64,000 nucleotides of DNA from Nitrospirota bacterium (GTDB lineage: Bacteria > Nitrospirota > Nitrospiria > Nitrospirales > Nitrospiraceae), in contig CAVPBK010000006.1 in assembly GCA_963701855.1 (NCBI GenBank), positions 1,184,001 through 1,248,000 of the forward strand. The letters are read 5' to 3'. Numbering within the stretch: the stretch's first letter is position 1; every line of letters begins with the position of its first letter. The notes beneath the pieces were generated by a model. That model was not told the DNA's origin, ran no database searches, and saw nothing but the letters and a program-made list of their open reading frames with translations. Positions 51,551 to 62,518 of the stretch are shown piece by piece. The translations under genes were made by a program, and so were the position numbers.

Positions 51551-53134
51551 TTAGCCGAAGAGTTTTCCCTGCGGCTGCACATCGGACCTGATCTCCGGCC
51601 AGCGCTCGACAAACGATGCTGCAGAAATGCGTGCCAGCTCGCTCGGCTCAATCTTGTTCAAACCGCCACCGTAAACCCGGCCTTCGCCACGGAGTTCGTG
51701 GCCAGTAACTTGACCGAGCAAAGCGTGGACAGTTTCGGCACGGTCGGGATGTCGGCGAAGCATCATCGCGAGGTTGTTCTGCGGGTAGAGCATCAGGTAG
51801 AGATTGGTTCCAATCGCCTTCGAGCGGTTCCAGATGAAGCGGAACGGCTGCTTGTCGTTAGAGCCGCGGCCCATGTATGTGCAGAGGAACGGGGTGGGCT
51901 CTCGCTGTTCCTGCTTGTACCACGGGGTGCGCTTGCCGATCAGATAGCCGTCCATGATGCCGAGCGCCTGGGCGGACCTCAGGTATTCCCAAAGTGCCGG
52001 GTGCTTGGCCTCGACGATCGGCTCGGGCAGGTTGCAATCGATGACGCACAGCTGGCGGTCGAGGAGGGGGTAGCCGTCACCGTCCGCGTCGACGCTCGTG
52101 GTCTTTAGATATCGTGGGCTGGGAAGAATTGGTCGGAGGAATTTGCTCGGTAGGCCGAGGCTTTTCGCGTCGGCGCGGGCGAGCACGAAAAACTTGTTGC
52201 AGCCGGTGGCGATGCCTCGCTGGACGCGGAAGAAGTCGCCAAGCGTCGGGCCGTTACTGTCGCTACGCGTATGTCGGTCGTTCTTGGCGTGACTCGGATA
52301 CAGGGTCCACTTGCGCGACTCGCGCAATCGTTCACGCGGGATGAGGTCGCGAGCATGCGGCTCGGCCAGCGTGCCGCCATAGGTAAATTCAACGTCATGA
52401 GTGGCGGCGGGCGGCGTCTTGCGGAACACCAGCACGACCGACGACACAAGGGCGTCACCGAACTGAACATCGTCTGGGTCAAAGCGGTGAGCCCGGATAA
52501 GCGTAACGCGATCCGCGAGGAAGCCCTTGAGTGCCGTGCCGTAGTTGACGTCCATGAACTCCGAGGGGATGAGCCACGCGGCGATCCCACCGTCTTCCAT
52601 CCAGGCCGTGGCGAGCAAAAGAAAGTAGACGTACAGACCTGCAAGGCCGTTGACTTCAACTCCGGTCATCGTGAACGTGAGACTTTGGAGGCGTTCCTTG
52701 TCCTCTCGATTCATGTGATGGTGTCGGACGTAGGGCGGGTTCGCCAAGATAACGTTGGGCGCGAGTGGGCATGAGCCGGTCGCAACGACTCGCGTGAAAT
52801 CGCCGCGCACAACCTCAAGCCCGGCATGGGCCCACAGATTGCGGGCGGCGTCGGCGAATGCGGGATCGAGCTCAACCCCGATGGCGCTGCTGATTCGCTT
52901 GGAGCCAAAGACAGCGAGCGCCGCCGAAAAGAAGCTGCCTGAACCGATCGAAGGGTCGGCAAAGCGAATACTGCCTTTGGTCCGGCCGAGGACTGATTGG
53001 ACGTAGCGAGCGATCTCGACAGCGAATGCATTAGGCGTTGCGAATTGGCCAAGGCGATTCCGCTCGGATTGGGTTCGGCATCCGTCGATCAACCACTGCG
53101 CGACCTGTCGTTCGGATTCGATGCTATGGATCAT
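51551..53134 (-). CDS. Type II N6-adenine DNA methyltransferase (gamma class)
   Basis: GQFATP; DPSIGSG.F; NPPY; LY.YF; RGIATG.N.FF; YGGGL.KIEP. Appears intact. Confidence 0.92.
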   Translation of the reverse strand: MIHSIESERQVAQWLIDGCRTQSERNRLGQFATPNAFAVEIARYVQSVLGRTKGSIRFADPSIGSGSFFSAALAVFGSKRISSAIGVELDPAFADAARNLWAHAGLEVVRGDFTRVVATGSCPLAPNVILANPPYVRHHHMNREDKERLQSLTFTMTGVEVNGLAGLYVYFLLLATAWMEDGGIAAWLIPSEFMDVNYGTALKGFLADRVTLIRAHRFDPDDVQFGDALVSSVVLVFRKTPPAATHDVEFTYGGTLAEPHARDLIPRERLRESRKWTLYPSHAKNDRHTRSDSNGPTLGDFFRVQRGIATGCNKFFVLARADAKSLGLPSKFLRPILPSPRYLKTTSVDADGDGYPLLDRQLCVIDCNLPEPIVEAKHPALWEYLRSAQALGIMDGYLIGKRTPWYKQEQREPTPFLCTYMGRGSNDKQPFRFIWNRSKAIGTNLYLMLYPQNNLAMMLRRHPDRAETVHALLGQVTGHELRGEGRVYGGGLNKIEPSELARISAASFVERWPEIRSDVQPQGKLFG

Positions 53135-53763
53135 GGTCGTAGAATGTCGTTTGACAGCGCACTGATAACGTCTAGATACATGTCCAGAACGGTTCCGTGA
53201 GTTTGATCTGCCGGATCGTAACTCCCTAGAAAGCTCCCTGGCGTACATCGGGGTGGGAGTATCGTCAGCTTCTGTCGAACGAGTTCCTCAAACTTCCCAC
53301 GTGCATCGTCGGAGTGATGAGTAATTGCATTGCGTACCCTCTTCATTTCCTGGATTACGACGTTCTCTGCTCGAAGCTTGTTAAAGCAACTTCCTTGCCG
53401 GAAGACAAGGTCTGCTCGATCGGATACCTGAATCGCGTCGGTCCAGTCAAGGTAGGGGCGATTGCCAGAAAGCTTGTTCAAGAATCTCCACGCTGATGGA
53501 AAGTCCGGTGGGCGGTAGTACCGATGCGGTGGACGCCCGTGCAGTGGCTTGTTGCCCATAAGGTAGCTTAAAAAAGCGTCTTCAAGGAATCGCTCCCATG
53601 CAACGAAGGTTCGCAAGAACGCCACCTCGTACAGAACCTCGTGGAGGTTCTTGGGTGCGTTCGGCGTCTGCAACCCTGCCCGCGCAGTCACTCGTGCGGC
53701 ATGAAGCGACCCAAGCGAGCCCCGCTCAATTGCACGGAATCCAACGACCCTAGCCGAAGGCAT
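53131..53763 (-). CDS. HEPN domain protein
   Basis: WERFLED and RNAITH (RxxxxH) motifs. ATG at 53763; the frame is open further upstream to 53895. Confidence 0.75.
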   Translation of the reverse strand: MPSARVVGFRAIERGSLGSLHAARVTARAGLQTPNAPKNLHEVLYEVAFLRTFVAWERFLEDAFLSYLMGNKPLHGRPPHRYYRPPDFPSAWRFLNKLSGNRPYLDWTDAIQVSDRADLVFRQGSCFNKLRAENVVIQEMKRVRNAITHHSDDARGKFEELVRQKLTILPPRCTPGSFLGSYDPADQTHGTVLDMYLDVISALSNDILRP

Positions 53764-53852
53764 AATCAAAGTACCATAGCGAATCAGATCACAAAGGAAC
53801 TTCACTCTCAATTCTCGCTCAGGTTGAAGTGTTGTGGCACGCTTTGCCGCAT

Positions 53853-54806
53853 TTAGAAACGCTTTCTCGTGCTCGTTCCGTCGTCCGTGTTCCAAAATTG
53901 GTGAACTTCAGTTAACTGGCTCATAAGACGTGCAGCTTTCGTCTGACTAATTCGGGCACGTCGAGCATTGAGTTTTGGAAGGCCGAATTGCATGTGCGCC
54001 ACTGCACAGAAGAGGGAGTAGAAAAGAACAGGCCGGCAGAATTCGTGATCGGCCAACCTGTCGGGGAATAGCATACCGATCGTGTCGATGGTCGATCGAA
54101 ATTTATTCTCAAGAGCCGAGCGACCGGGAAGATCGTCATCCCATTGTTTAAAATAGGAATCTAGCCGCCCCTTGTCCTGAATGCCATCAGCCATGGGAAT
54201 GAGTAAGTCTGCGCTCAGTTCAGCATCGATCATGCGGGAAATCGAAGCTTCGGAGAGAATTTCGTTCTTAATCCAGAAGCTTTCGAACTCGTTACCGATC
54301 GCAAAACCAGGAGTACGAAAGGCACGATAGAACTCGGCATGAAGTAGTTCGATCTTGTTTAACTTGACACGGTAAGTATTGAGCCTTGCAAAGATGTCAC
54401 GCACCTCAGGATCACTGATGTTGATAAGGCAATCGGTGGCAATCTGATAGGCGCGGATGGATGTCTGTACGTCATCCGGAAGCTGACGGAAGTAGATACA
54501 CGCGTACTCTTTATTATGAGTCCGAGAGACCGGGAAAGCATCTTCCATGTATTCAAAAATGGCGCGCAGACGCTGTTGTCCGTCTACGACCTCTCGCATG
54601 GTCTTCCGCGTTGCGGTGCTGATGTGTTCTCTGATTAGGATTTTTGGTGTGGGCTTCCCGCGGATAACGGAGTCGAGAAGATAGGATTTGGCCTTCTTTG
54701 TCCATACTTTGCGCCGTTGAAACTTTGGCGATAGCTCTAGGATGCCACCCTCTTTCCATTCGACGAAGTCATTGATCGAGTAAGTCTTGGTTTGGAACTG
54801 ATTCAT
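53853..54806 (-). CDS. DUF262 (GmrSD N-terminal/ParB-like) protein, probable 3' frameshift
   Basis: PKFQRRKVW; VVDGQQRL; IFARLN. Confidence 0.88.
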   Translation of the reverse strand: MNQFQTKTYSINDFVEWKEGGILELSPKFQRRKVWTKKAKSYLLDSVIRGKPTPKILIREHISTATRKTMREVVDGQQRLRAIFEYMEDAFPVSRTHNKEYACIYFRQLPDDVQTSIRAYQIATDCLINISDPEVRDIFARLNTYRVKLNKIELLHAEFYRAFRTPGFAIGNEFESFWIKNEILSEASISRMIDAELSADLLIPMADGIQDKGRLDSYFKQWDDDLPGRSALENKFRSTIDTIGMLFPDRLADHEFCRPVLFYSLFCAVAHMQFGLPKLNARRARISQTKAARLMSQLTEVHQFWNTDDGTSTRKRF

Positions 54807-55156
54807 TCTTGAAAATCCTCCGGGTGGAACGCCAGTTTACCTTCCCCCGTGCGGCCGACAAGGTGATTGCTGGAGTCCGCCAAGCCGATTAAGCGATTCA
54901 CGGCAAGGCGTTGAGCCGTACACATGTGGAGAGTCGGCAAGGCGCTGGGGTTCGCCTTGAGCTTGGCTGCATCAAGGCTGCGAAGGTTACGGGTCGCCAA
55001 AAGTGCGGCTTTGACATGTTCGGCCTTATTCACGCGTGTCGCGCGAAACGCCTCGGGTGCGAAGCGCATGAACCATTGGTTGAACTGGTCAACGGAAGCC
55101 GCGATGTCGGTCTTCCAGAGGTGCGGCTTGTCCGCATTGATTCGTCTAGCCATCAT
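54803..55156 (-). pseudogene. Truncated XamI-family restriction endonuclease
   Basis: INADKPHLWKTDIAASVDQFNQWFMRFAP N-terminus recalled as typical of this family; only 117 aa and no catalytic C-half. Confidence 0.7.
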
Positions 55157-55451
55157 GAATCCGTACGTTGATCGGTATCGGGTTTTCGGCTGTCGCGGTT
55201 ACTGTCTTGGGACGTACCTATTAAGTGAGTTGCGAGAGGGATCTTAGGCCTGGCGGCCTATTCCTCAAAGGATTCCTCTCTCTGTTGAACCAAAGTCCCA
55301 GACACTATCCTCACTTCGGGAAACTCTGTCAAGAACCGCCCGTAGAAAAACACTGTTACTTACGAGCCTATCTCTCTATTGGCTCGCCGCCTATTTTCGC
55401 ATGACCAATTGCCGAAACGCGATGTGCGATGAACCCTCGGAGTTATGTGGG

Positions 55452-56030
55452 CTAGGACCGTGGATTCGCATAGCCTTCTTGAGTGAGCATCTCGGCCACA
55501 TTCTGTCCGTCGACAAAGACATCGACCACGAGGCGATCATAGACAGTCTTGCGGTGTGCGCTTCGGAAGGAGTCTTCTGTGATGCCCGCTTAGTTACTCA
55601 GCAGGTCCTCTTGTCTTGTGAATCCCACTGTCCCTGATCTTCTGGGGGCACGAGTGGGCGACGAGGCAACGTCGACTTGAGGCTTTGGTCCAATGAGCGA
55701 TGCGTTCCCTTCGCGTTCTTGTGCGGACGCAATCCTTTTTCACGGTGAGGTCGTTGAGGCCGCAGGTCGCTGCCTCGGTCTTCCTTCTGGTTTCCTGCAG
55801 AGGTCACACGATGTGTGAATTTCGGACTCAGTGTGCCCGGGGGTCAAGGGCCTTGTGGGCAGAGATGAAGGCGGGGCAGTCGATTGTTGTGCCGGGACCT
55901 GATGGGGAAAGATCAGGATAAAGCCGACCACTATGAGTGCACCAAACGTGGTTGGACCTTGTGCCATGATGCCCGCAGGAACGCACAGTCCATGCCAGAG
56001 CGATCTGATTGACAATGCAAAAAGCCGCAT
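55452..56030 (-). pseudogene. Probable thermonuclease (SNase-like) remnant
   Basis: Minus frame reads YDRLVVDVFVDGQNVAEMLTQEGYA at 55452-55555; upstream fragments lie in different frames. Confidence 0.5.
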
Positions 56031-56221
56031 GCTGTTATAACGCGTATCGTATTATTCCCACGGGGCTTGCGAGAAAGCTGGGATGGGTGAAGTGGTCTCA
56101 AGGCTGAAGCTGGGAAGGCCGAAGGTCGGGGTTCGAAGTCGAACAGCCTTCCTTTCGGCCTTCGGACCGCGCCTGTCGCGCACGTCTTGCTTGTCTCGCT
56201 CACAATTCACGGAGGCTTCTA

Positions 56222-56452
56222 ATGGATATGATGGGACGTGTGGGGCTGATCGAGATTCCGATCTTGATCGCACCCGATCAAAAGGTCTGGATGGATCGCA
56301 TGATCAAGGAAGGCAAGATTGCCATTCCTCCAGGCGGGACACTGGAAAAAGGCTCGCTCTATTCGATGTTTGTCCGAATGCTCCTGCATAACGCGATGGA
56401 AGAGCAGAAACGACAAGAGGTGCTTGACGCGGAAGACGAGGACGACGAATAA
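56222..56452 (+). CDS. Hypothetical 76-aa protein
   Basis: GGAGG ribosome-binding site; acidic tail; ATG start. Confidence 0.7.
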   Translation: MDMMGRVGLIEIPILIAPDQKVWMDRMIKEGKIAIPPGGTLEKGSLYSMFVRMLLHNAMEEQKRQEVLDAEDEDDE

Positions 56453-56576
56453 CCAGGATGTTGAAAGCCGCCGCCAGCTGCGTTCTCGCATCGCGCAAGG
56501 CTTCAACGTGCAAGAGCACGCCTCAGCCTTGCGCTCCGCTGCGGCCTTGCTGGACAGCGACTTTGAACATCCTGGT
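56452..56576. repeat. MITE/REP-like element, family A
   Basis: ACCAGGATGTTGAAAG / CTTTGAACATCCTGGT (15/16); shares the CAGCAAGGCCGC core with the 40406 element, inverted. Confidence 0.75.
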
Positions 56577-56652
56577 AAGAAAAAGGCTGTATCGAAAGAG
56601 GCTGAAGAGTATCTCCCTTGATACAGCGGAAAGGGCCTACGCGATCAGTTCC

Positions 56653-57936
56653 TCAAAGTGCTTTGAACGCTGAGTGCGCGGCTTTGATTGTGTAGTCGAT
56701 ATCGCGGGCTGAATGAGCTGTTGAGAGGAAGGAGGCTTCGAATTGAGAGGGGGCCAAGTATATCCCCTGTTCCAGCATCGCATGAAAGAACTGCCCGTAC
56801 CGTTTCGTGTCCGACAGTTTTGCGGTATCCCAATCCACCACCGGATCTGATGTAAAAAAGGCTCCGAGTATCGACCCGACTCTGGTTTGCGTGAGCGGCA
56901 CGCCTGCTTTTTTCGCGGCCATTCCAATCCCTTTGGCTAGGGCTGCTGATTTCTCTTCCAGCTGTTTGTAGACCCCGCGGGTTTTGAGCTGCTTGAGCGT
57001 GGCAATGCCTGCGGACACAGCCAACGGATTTCCCGACAATGTTCCAGCCTGATAGACCGGCCCCAACGGCGCGATCAGATCCATGATCTCTTTTCGTCCT
57101 CCGTAGGCGCCAACCGGTAATCCTCCGCCGATGATTTTCCCCAGTACCGTCAAATCCGGAGTAATGCCGTAGAGCGTTTGGGCTCCGCCGTAGGCCACAC
57201 GAAAGCCGGAGATCACCTCGTCGAAAATCAGGAGGATGTTGTTTTCTGTGGCGAGTCGCCGGAGTGACGAAAGAAATTCAGGCGCCGGTGGCACCACGCC
57301 CATGTTCGCTGCGATCGGTTCTAGAATAATGCAGGCCAATGTGTCCCGCTGTTCCTTGACGATCTGTTGCACCGTTCGGATGTCGTTGTACGTGGCGGTC
57401 AAGGTATGTTTTGCAAAATCAACCGGAACTCCAAGCGAATCTGGAATTCCCAGCGTGGCCAGACCCGATCCAGCCTTTGCGAGCAAATAATCGCTGTGGC
57501 CGTGGTAGCACCCTTCAAACTTGAGAATGTTGTCTCGCTTCGTAAATCCCCGGGCCACACGAATGGCGCTCATGACCGCCTCGGTGCCGGAGCTGACGAG
57601 CCGGACCTTTTCCATCGAGGGGAAAGCATCGCGGATCATGCGGGCGAGTATGACTTCCAGCTCGGTCGGCGCGCCGTAACTGGTTCCGTTTGCAGCAGCT
57701 TTTTTGATCGCACTGATGATCGATGGGGCAGCGTGACCCAAAATCATTGGGCCCCATGAGAGCACATAGTCGATGTAGCCGTTCCCGTCGACGTCGTAGA
57801 GGCGGGCGCCTTTAGCGCGCTTGATAAACCGGGGTTGGCCTCCAACAGAGCGAAAGGCGCGCACCGGACTATTCACACCTCCGGGAATTACCTGTTGTGC
57901 GTCGGCAAACAGCTTGGCGGAACGAGTGGTTTTCAT
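56653..57936 (-). CDS. hemL: Glutamate-1-semialdehyde 2,1-aminomutase
   Basis: [41 protein letters not shown]. Confidence 0.97.
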   Translation of the reverse strand: MKTTRSAKLFADAQQVIPGGVNSPVRAFRSVGGQPRFIKRAKGARLYDVDGNGYIDYVLSWGPMILGHAAPSIISAIKKAAANGTSYGAPTELEVILARMIRDAFPSMEKVRLVSSGTEAVMSAIRVARGFTKRDNILKFEGCYHGHSDYLLAKAGSGLATLGIPDSLGVPVDFAKHTLTATYNDIRTVQQIVKEQRDTLACIILEPIAANMGVVPPAPEFLSSLRRLATENNILLIFDEVISGFRVAYGGAQTLYGITPDLTVLGKIIGGGLPVGAYGGRKEIMDLIAPLGPVYQAGTLSGNPLAVSAGIATLKQLKTRGVYKQLEEKSAALAKGIGMAAKKAGVPLTQTRVGSILGAFFTSDPVVDWDTAKLSDTKRYGQFFHAMLEQGIYLAPSQFEASFLSTAHSARDIDYTIKAAHSAFKAL

Positions 57937-58457
57937 AATGGGGGCGCACAGTACCATGCGGTCGAGCCTCGGTCAAGAATGAGAAGATTCATGTGGCGTG
58001 ATACAACAACTGGGGCGTTAATGTAACAAAGATATACGCATCGTGACATTTTTTGATATAGGTTGTGTTGTTGTAAGGCAGGGATTTTTCGTAATCCATT
58101 GTAAATACTCCGATTCATCCCACCAATCGAGCGCGGCTCGGATTTTGCGCTAACCAGGCGAGTATGATCAGAAACTCTAACAGGCAGCGAAAAAACTATT
58201 GTGGTAGGCTAACGCTTCGACTATCCGTCCCTGTGGGACAACAGGGGGACAATTCTGATAGGCTGCTCAAAAGACCGGACTTCTCACCCGCCCATTTTGA
58301 GTTTGCCAAGACAGACTTTTTCCCCTGAGACGTGTCATGTCTGAAGCAAGGCTGCGGCTATTGAGCCTGAGCCACGTTTCACCATTCCTGGGAGCGAAGC
58401 AAGGCCGAAGTCTGCGGATCTTTTGGCGTCTGTTAGGCGGCGATTAAGAGATCGACG

Positions 58458-58697
58458 ATGAAGATTATCTGTTCGTGGTGCCGGCAAGAAGGGAAACCCG
58501 AGCTGGTGGGAGAGAAGGCCCCTCTCGACGATGCGCGGGAAACGCATGGGATTTGCGTCGTTCATCGCCACGACGTCAAAGCGCACTGGCAGGCATCGAT
58601 TCACACCGTCCCACGTTCTGGAGGCGTGACCGGATTGTCTTCCGCGCTCTTCCGCTGGACAGGCTTGCTGAATGTGACCAAGAAGATGCGTCCATAG
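58458..58697 (+). CDS. Small Cys/His protein
   Basis: CSWC...THGIC..H, a putative Zn site. Confidence 0.6.
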   Translation: MKIICSWCRQEGKPELVGEKAPLDDARETHGICVVHRHDVKAHWQASIHTVPRSGGVTGLSSALFRWTGLLNVTKKMRP

Positions 58698-58870
58698 GAC
58701 AGGCACATCTTCTTGTCGATCTACCGGGAGTTAGACTCCCATTTTTCCCTGAAACATCGTGAGTCTCTAGTCGACTGTTTCCCTTACCGGATGTTGAAAA
58801 GCGCCGTCCGCGTCCATGGTCTGTGGCACATGGAGCGAGAGGATGGGCTGGTCTCTCTTGTCTCGCGTGA

Positions 58871-59431
58871 CTATTCTGCAGGTGAGGTCCGTTTTGAGGG
58901 AGATCGGCGCCGCAATCCAAACTTCCGAGTCGGTTCCCCATTGATTTCTTTCATTCCCCAGTGGGGCCGCTTGGATTTTTCTTGTTCCGAAACAGCGAAC
59001 AGCGCGTGAAAGGGTGTCGCTCGTCGCGCGCCCATCCCTGCCTGTCCGTTTCCCCAAGCCTCTCCCGCATCGCGCAAGACCTCAAGAAAGGTTTCATACT
59101 CTGCCTCGTCGTTGGATAACACATGGGCCGCATTGGTGATGAGCAGGACATAGCCCTTGGCCGGCAGCCATTCCAGATCGGTCAGACATTCCTCCAAGGC
59201 GTCCCAGTTGTGGCCGAAGTAGTCGGGAAAATCTAAGGCGCGGGCACATTCGGTCAACAGGCCGGCGGTGGTCCGGCACTTGACGCCCTGGATGACTTTC
59301 ATCACAAACTCGTTCGGTGGGCGCACCAGGGATTCAGCGCGCTGCCCGTCTGCGACCATCAGCAATGTGGTCCAGGGGGCCTTCGTCGATTGGAGATAGG
59401 CGGTCAATGTCTGTGAGTGTTTCGGGGTCAT
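58871..59431 (-). CDS. Barstar family ribonuclease inhibitor
   Basis: FPDYFGHNWDAL.ECLTDL.W. Confidence 0.9.
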   Translation of the reverse strand: MTPKHSQTLTAYLQSTKAPWTTLLMVADGQRAESLVRPPNEFVMKVIQGVKCRTTAGLLTECARALDFPDYFGHNWDALEECLTDLEWLPAKGYVLLITNAAHVLSNDEAEYETFLEVLRDAGEAWGNGQAGMGARRATPFHALFAVSEQEKSKRPHWGMKEINGEPTRKFGLRRRSPSKRTSPAE

Positions 59432-59892
59432 GGTATCTCATTCAGCGGAGTGAACGTTCGGTAGTGGTTACCGGTATAGTAGGCTCTGCCGGTGTCTTGC
59501 TCGATGACGATCCGTTCCGCGTCCCGCGAGCGACCGCGTATCTTCGGATTCACATCGTACTCGCGATAGTGACCGCGAGGCAGTAGTCTTTCTCGATTCT
59601 GAAACACCCCGCCGCCGACATATCCAGGGAGCGCTTTGCCCTCATGTTGCTGAATTGCTTCCAGCAGGTCTTTGGCTTTTTGCAGGGGATCCTTCGCGGC
59701 GCGATGTAATTGTCGATCGAGAGGCGGCGTGGCATTGTGAAGAGCTGGTCCTGTGGGCAGAACGGATGGGACAGAGTCAGACGGTACGGTCGTTTCAGGC
59801 GACGAACCGGCGTTGGGAGTGCCAGTAGGGCTGCCGACCAGTAGCCCACCAAGGACGACGAGTATTCCATAAATCTTCCAAGTTGGACCCAT
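59428..59892 (-). CDS. Secreted guanyl-specific ribonuclease (barnase/RNase Sa family)
   Basis: N-terminal signal/TM; GGG.FQNRE..LP; YREYDV; ERIV; YYTGNHYRTF. ATGA overlap with barstar. Confidence 0.9.
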   Translation of the reverse strand: MGPTWKIYGILVVLGGLLVGSPTGTPNAGSSPETTVPSDSVPSVLPTGPALHNATPPLDRQLHRAAKDPLQKAKDLLEAIQQHEGKALPGYVGGGVFQNRERLLPRGHYREYDVNPKIRGRSRDAERIVIEQDTGRAYYTGNHYRTFTPLNEIP

Positions 59893-60099
59893 AGGTTCGC
59901 ACTCGTATCGCGAGGCGAGGAAGCACAGTACGAACCCTAGCATGCACAATCTTGGAGGATCAACGGGCGTAAGAGGGGGCGGGCGCTCGAGGCTGGGAAT
60001 TGTTGCTATCGCGTATCCGCAAGCGTAGCATCCACCTATTCATTTTGCTGAGAATGTTCTCCAGTCCGGTATTTCCCGGCCACCGAACGGGCAGGGACA

Positions 60100-62462
60100 A
60101 TGCCCACTTACACAGGGACGAGCCAACGAGGTACAGATTGGAATCCGCCGCAGACCGGCTTGAGTTTGTGACAGTCGAAGGGCTCTTGGCCTACGGGGAG
60201 ATGTTGGCGCGTTGTACTGCCGGTGAGGGAATTGCGCTCCCACCCATCCCGAATTCCTCAGCCGATCGACCGCAGCGAACCCGTGACGCTATGGAGAAGA
60301 TCAGAGCGTTTGTGCGTGGTGCGCAAGGGGGCTTTCCTGGGGCAGAGGAGTATCGGACTACCCGGCGCGCGCTGATCGAAGGGGGTTGCCGGGGTGACGA
60401 ACTGGTGTTCTTTGCCGCATGGAATACTCTCCTCGCAGCAGGCGAGTTGGCTCCGCTCCTCCGCATGCCGATCAGGTCAGTGCAGAAGCCGACCCACCGT
60501 CGACCGGTGGCGATCGTGCCGCGCGCGCAACTGACGCCGCAATTGGTCGAGGATCGTATCGTGCTGGACTTGGGCGAGGATCGGTTTTGGCTCTTGCCGC
60601 GCGATCTAACCGGTCGCACGCTTCTGTTCACGATGCGTCACGGTATTTCACGCATGGAGAGCAGCATCTATCGAGTCGGGCGCCGCATCGCAAACGTGCT
60701 GGATCCTGAGCGAGGCGTCCCCAAAGCCGACGCGGTCGGTGCAGCCCTGGCCCGGATGCTGGGCCTGGTGGGGCAACAATTGGACTTCCTGCACATTCAC
60801 AACTACCTCGATCCGCGCACCTTCGTCCATCTGGTGAGCCAGAGCCCCAATACACGGCAATTGTATGAACGGGTGATCGCGGCACTGATGCAGGCGCAGG
60901 CGGACCATGCTGAGGCACTCCCACCAGCCTGCGATCCCGCTTTAGACTCCCAGGATTTCGGTTGGGTCACAGGTCTGGAGAAGAAGGTAGAAGCCGAAGA
61001 AGCCGCAAAGGCATTCGGCGTGGACGTGCCCACGGCCAAGCGTCTGATTAAACATCCTCTCTACAGCTACCCGGGCGGGCATTCTTTCTTCGATGTCTAT
61101 GTGGATATCGTCGACGGCTTCCGCCGGCTCGGTCAGTCCCACCAGGGGAAGGCCGTGTGTGTGTACAGCCACAGCTCCACATTGCGGGCGCTCATGATTT
61201 ATCTCGATCCTCGTCCCTTTGGCGAAGCCTTTACCGAGTTTGGCGAATATAAGGAGGGACAGGATAACGTGGTCTTGTTGGCCTACGAACAGGGGCTCTT
61301 ATCCGGCTATTCCACCGCTGTGGGTTTGTCAGCGCGGGAACGGGCGGTGCGGGAGACCTGGGTGAAGGTCGAGCGCGAACGCAGAGACCGGATCACGCTC
61401 AAGCCCCGACAGATCAAGCGGATCGTGGCATTGGTCTCGGGTGGAGATTTTGCCGGTGCCGGCGCCGCGTTGAAAGAGTTGCGTGTGACAGGACACCGGT
61501 TTGGTCTGGAAGTCCACTTCGTCCGTCACGGGTTCTTAGGTCTGGCCAACAACTGGATCACAGCCGTGACCGAGCAGGATACCCGCGGGATGGGCAGCCA
61601 TGCGAGCAGTCCGATTGGGAGCAGCCGATTCGAAGATTTTAAAGACGAGCAGGTGCAGCAGGCCACCATGCGGCATCTTCGGCCCTATATGGAAGATGGA
61701 GCCTTGGTGGTCATCGGTGGGGACGGGAGTCTTCGAGGCGCGCGGGCGCTCTACGAAGGATTTGGAGTTCAGGCAGTAGGGATTCCCGGCTCGATCGACA
61801 ATAATATCGCGGGAACAACGTCCCTGGGTTTTCATTCGGCCCTGTCTCTGGCGAATCAATCCATCGAGTCGCTGAAAGCCACCAGTTCCGCCATGGGCAG
61901 CGTATTTTTTGTCGAGATTATGGGGGCGGGGTCCGGCCATCTTGCCCTCGCCTGTGCGTATCAGGCCAGAGCCGAAGGCCTCTTGATCAACGAGCATCCT
62001 GATCCCGACGCGTATATCGACGACTTCATCCTGGGCACGCTCACCCGCACCTTTGGCGTCCCAAACAAGAGTCATCTGTTTGTGGTGGCGGAACAGACGC
62101 CCCATCGCCATCACCCGGATGGCGGCGTACGAGGTCTGGTCGAGTATGTCGCCAGCACGCTCGCTACGTGGCCACGGTTTCAGGCGCTTCCCGGAGAATA
62201 TCGCCTTGCCCCTACGACCAAGGCCACGATCCTCGGGCACACGTTACGGGGGGCGCCCCCGACCCCCGAGGACAAGACCATCGGACAAGATCTGGCCTAT
62301 GAAGCGATTCGCCGTCTCGTCAAGGAGCCGGAGCGGGTGGTCGGGTGCATGTTGGCCTATCGCGGGCCAGGCACCATCGAGGCGATCCCACTCCACGCTG
62401 TGGCACCGAAGCAGTTCGACTGGGATATCTTTGCCCGAATGCACGGAAGCGAGCTGCCGTAG
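60100..62462 (+). CDS. pfkA: Histidine-phosphatase / 6-phosphofructokinase fusion, probable 5' frameshift
   Basis: MRHG and SHS histidine-phosphatase motifs, then PFK motifs SGGD, GSSR, IGGDGS, PGSIDNNI, VEIMG and LGH..RG. The ATG at 60100 has a ribosome-binding site but is out of frame with the main ORF. Confidence 0.85.
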
Positions 62463-62518
62463 CAAGATGAATGGAGCGTGGCGCTTCACCGTGAAGGCCG
62501 TGCCCTGAGTCCATCTCT

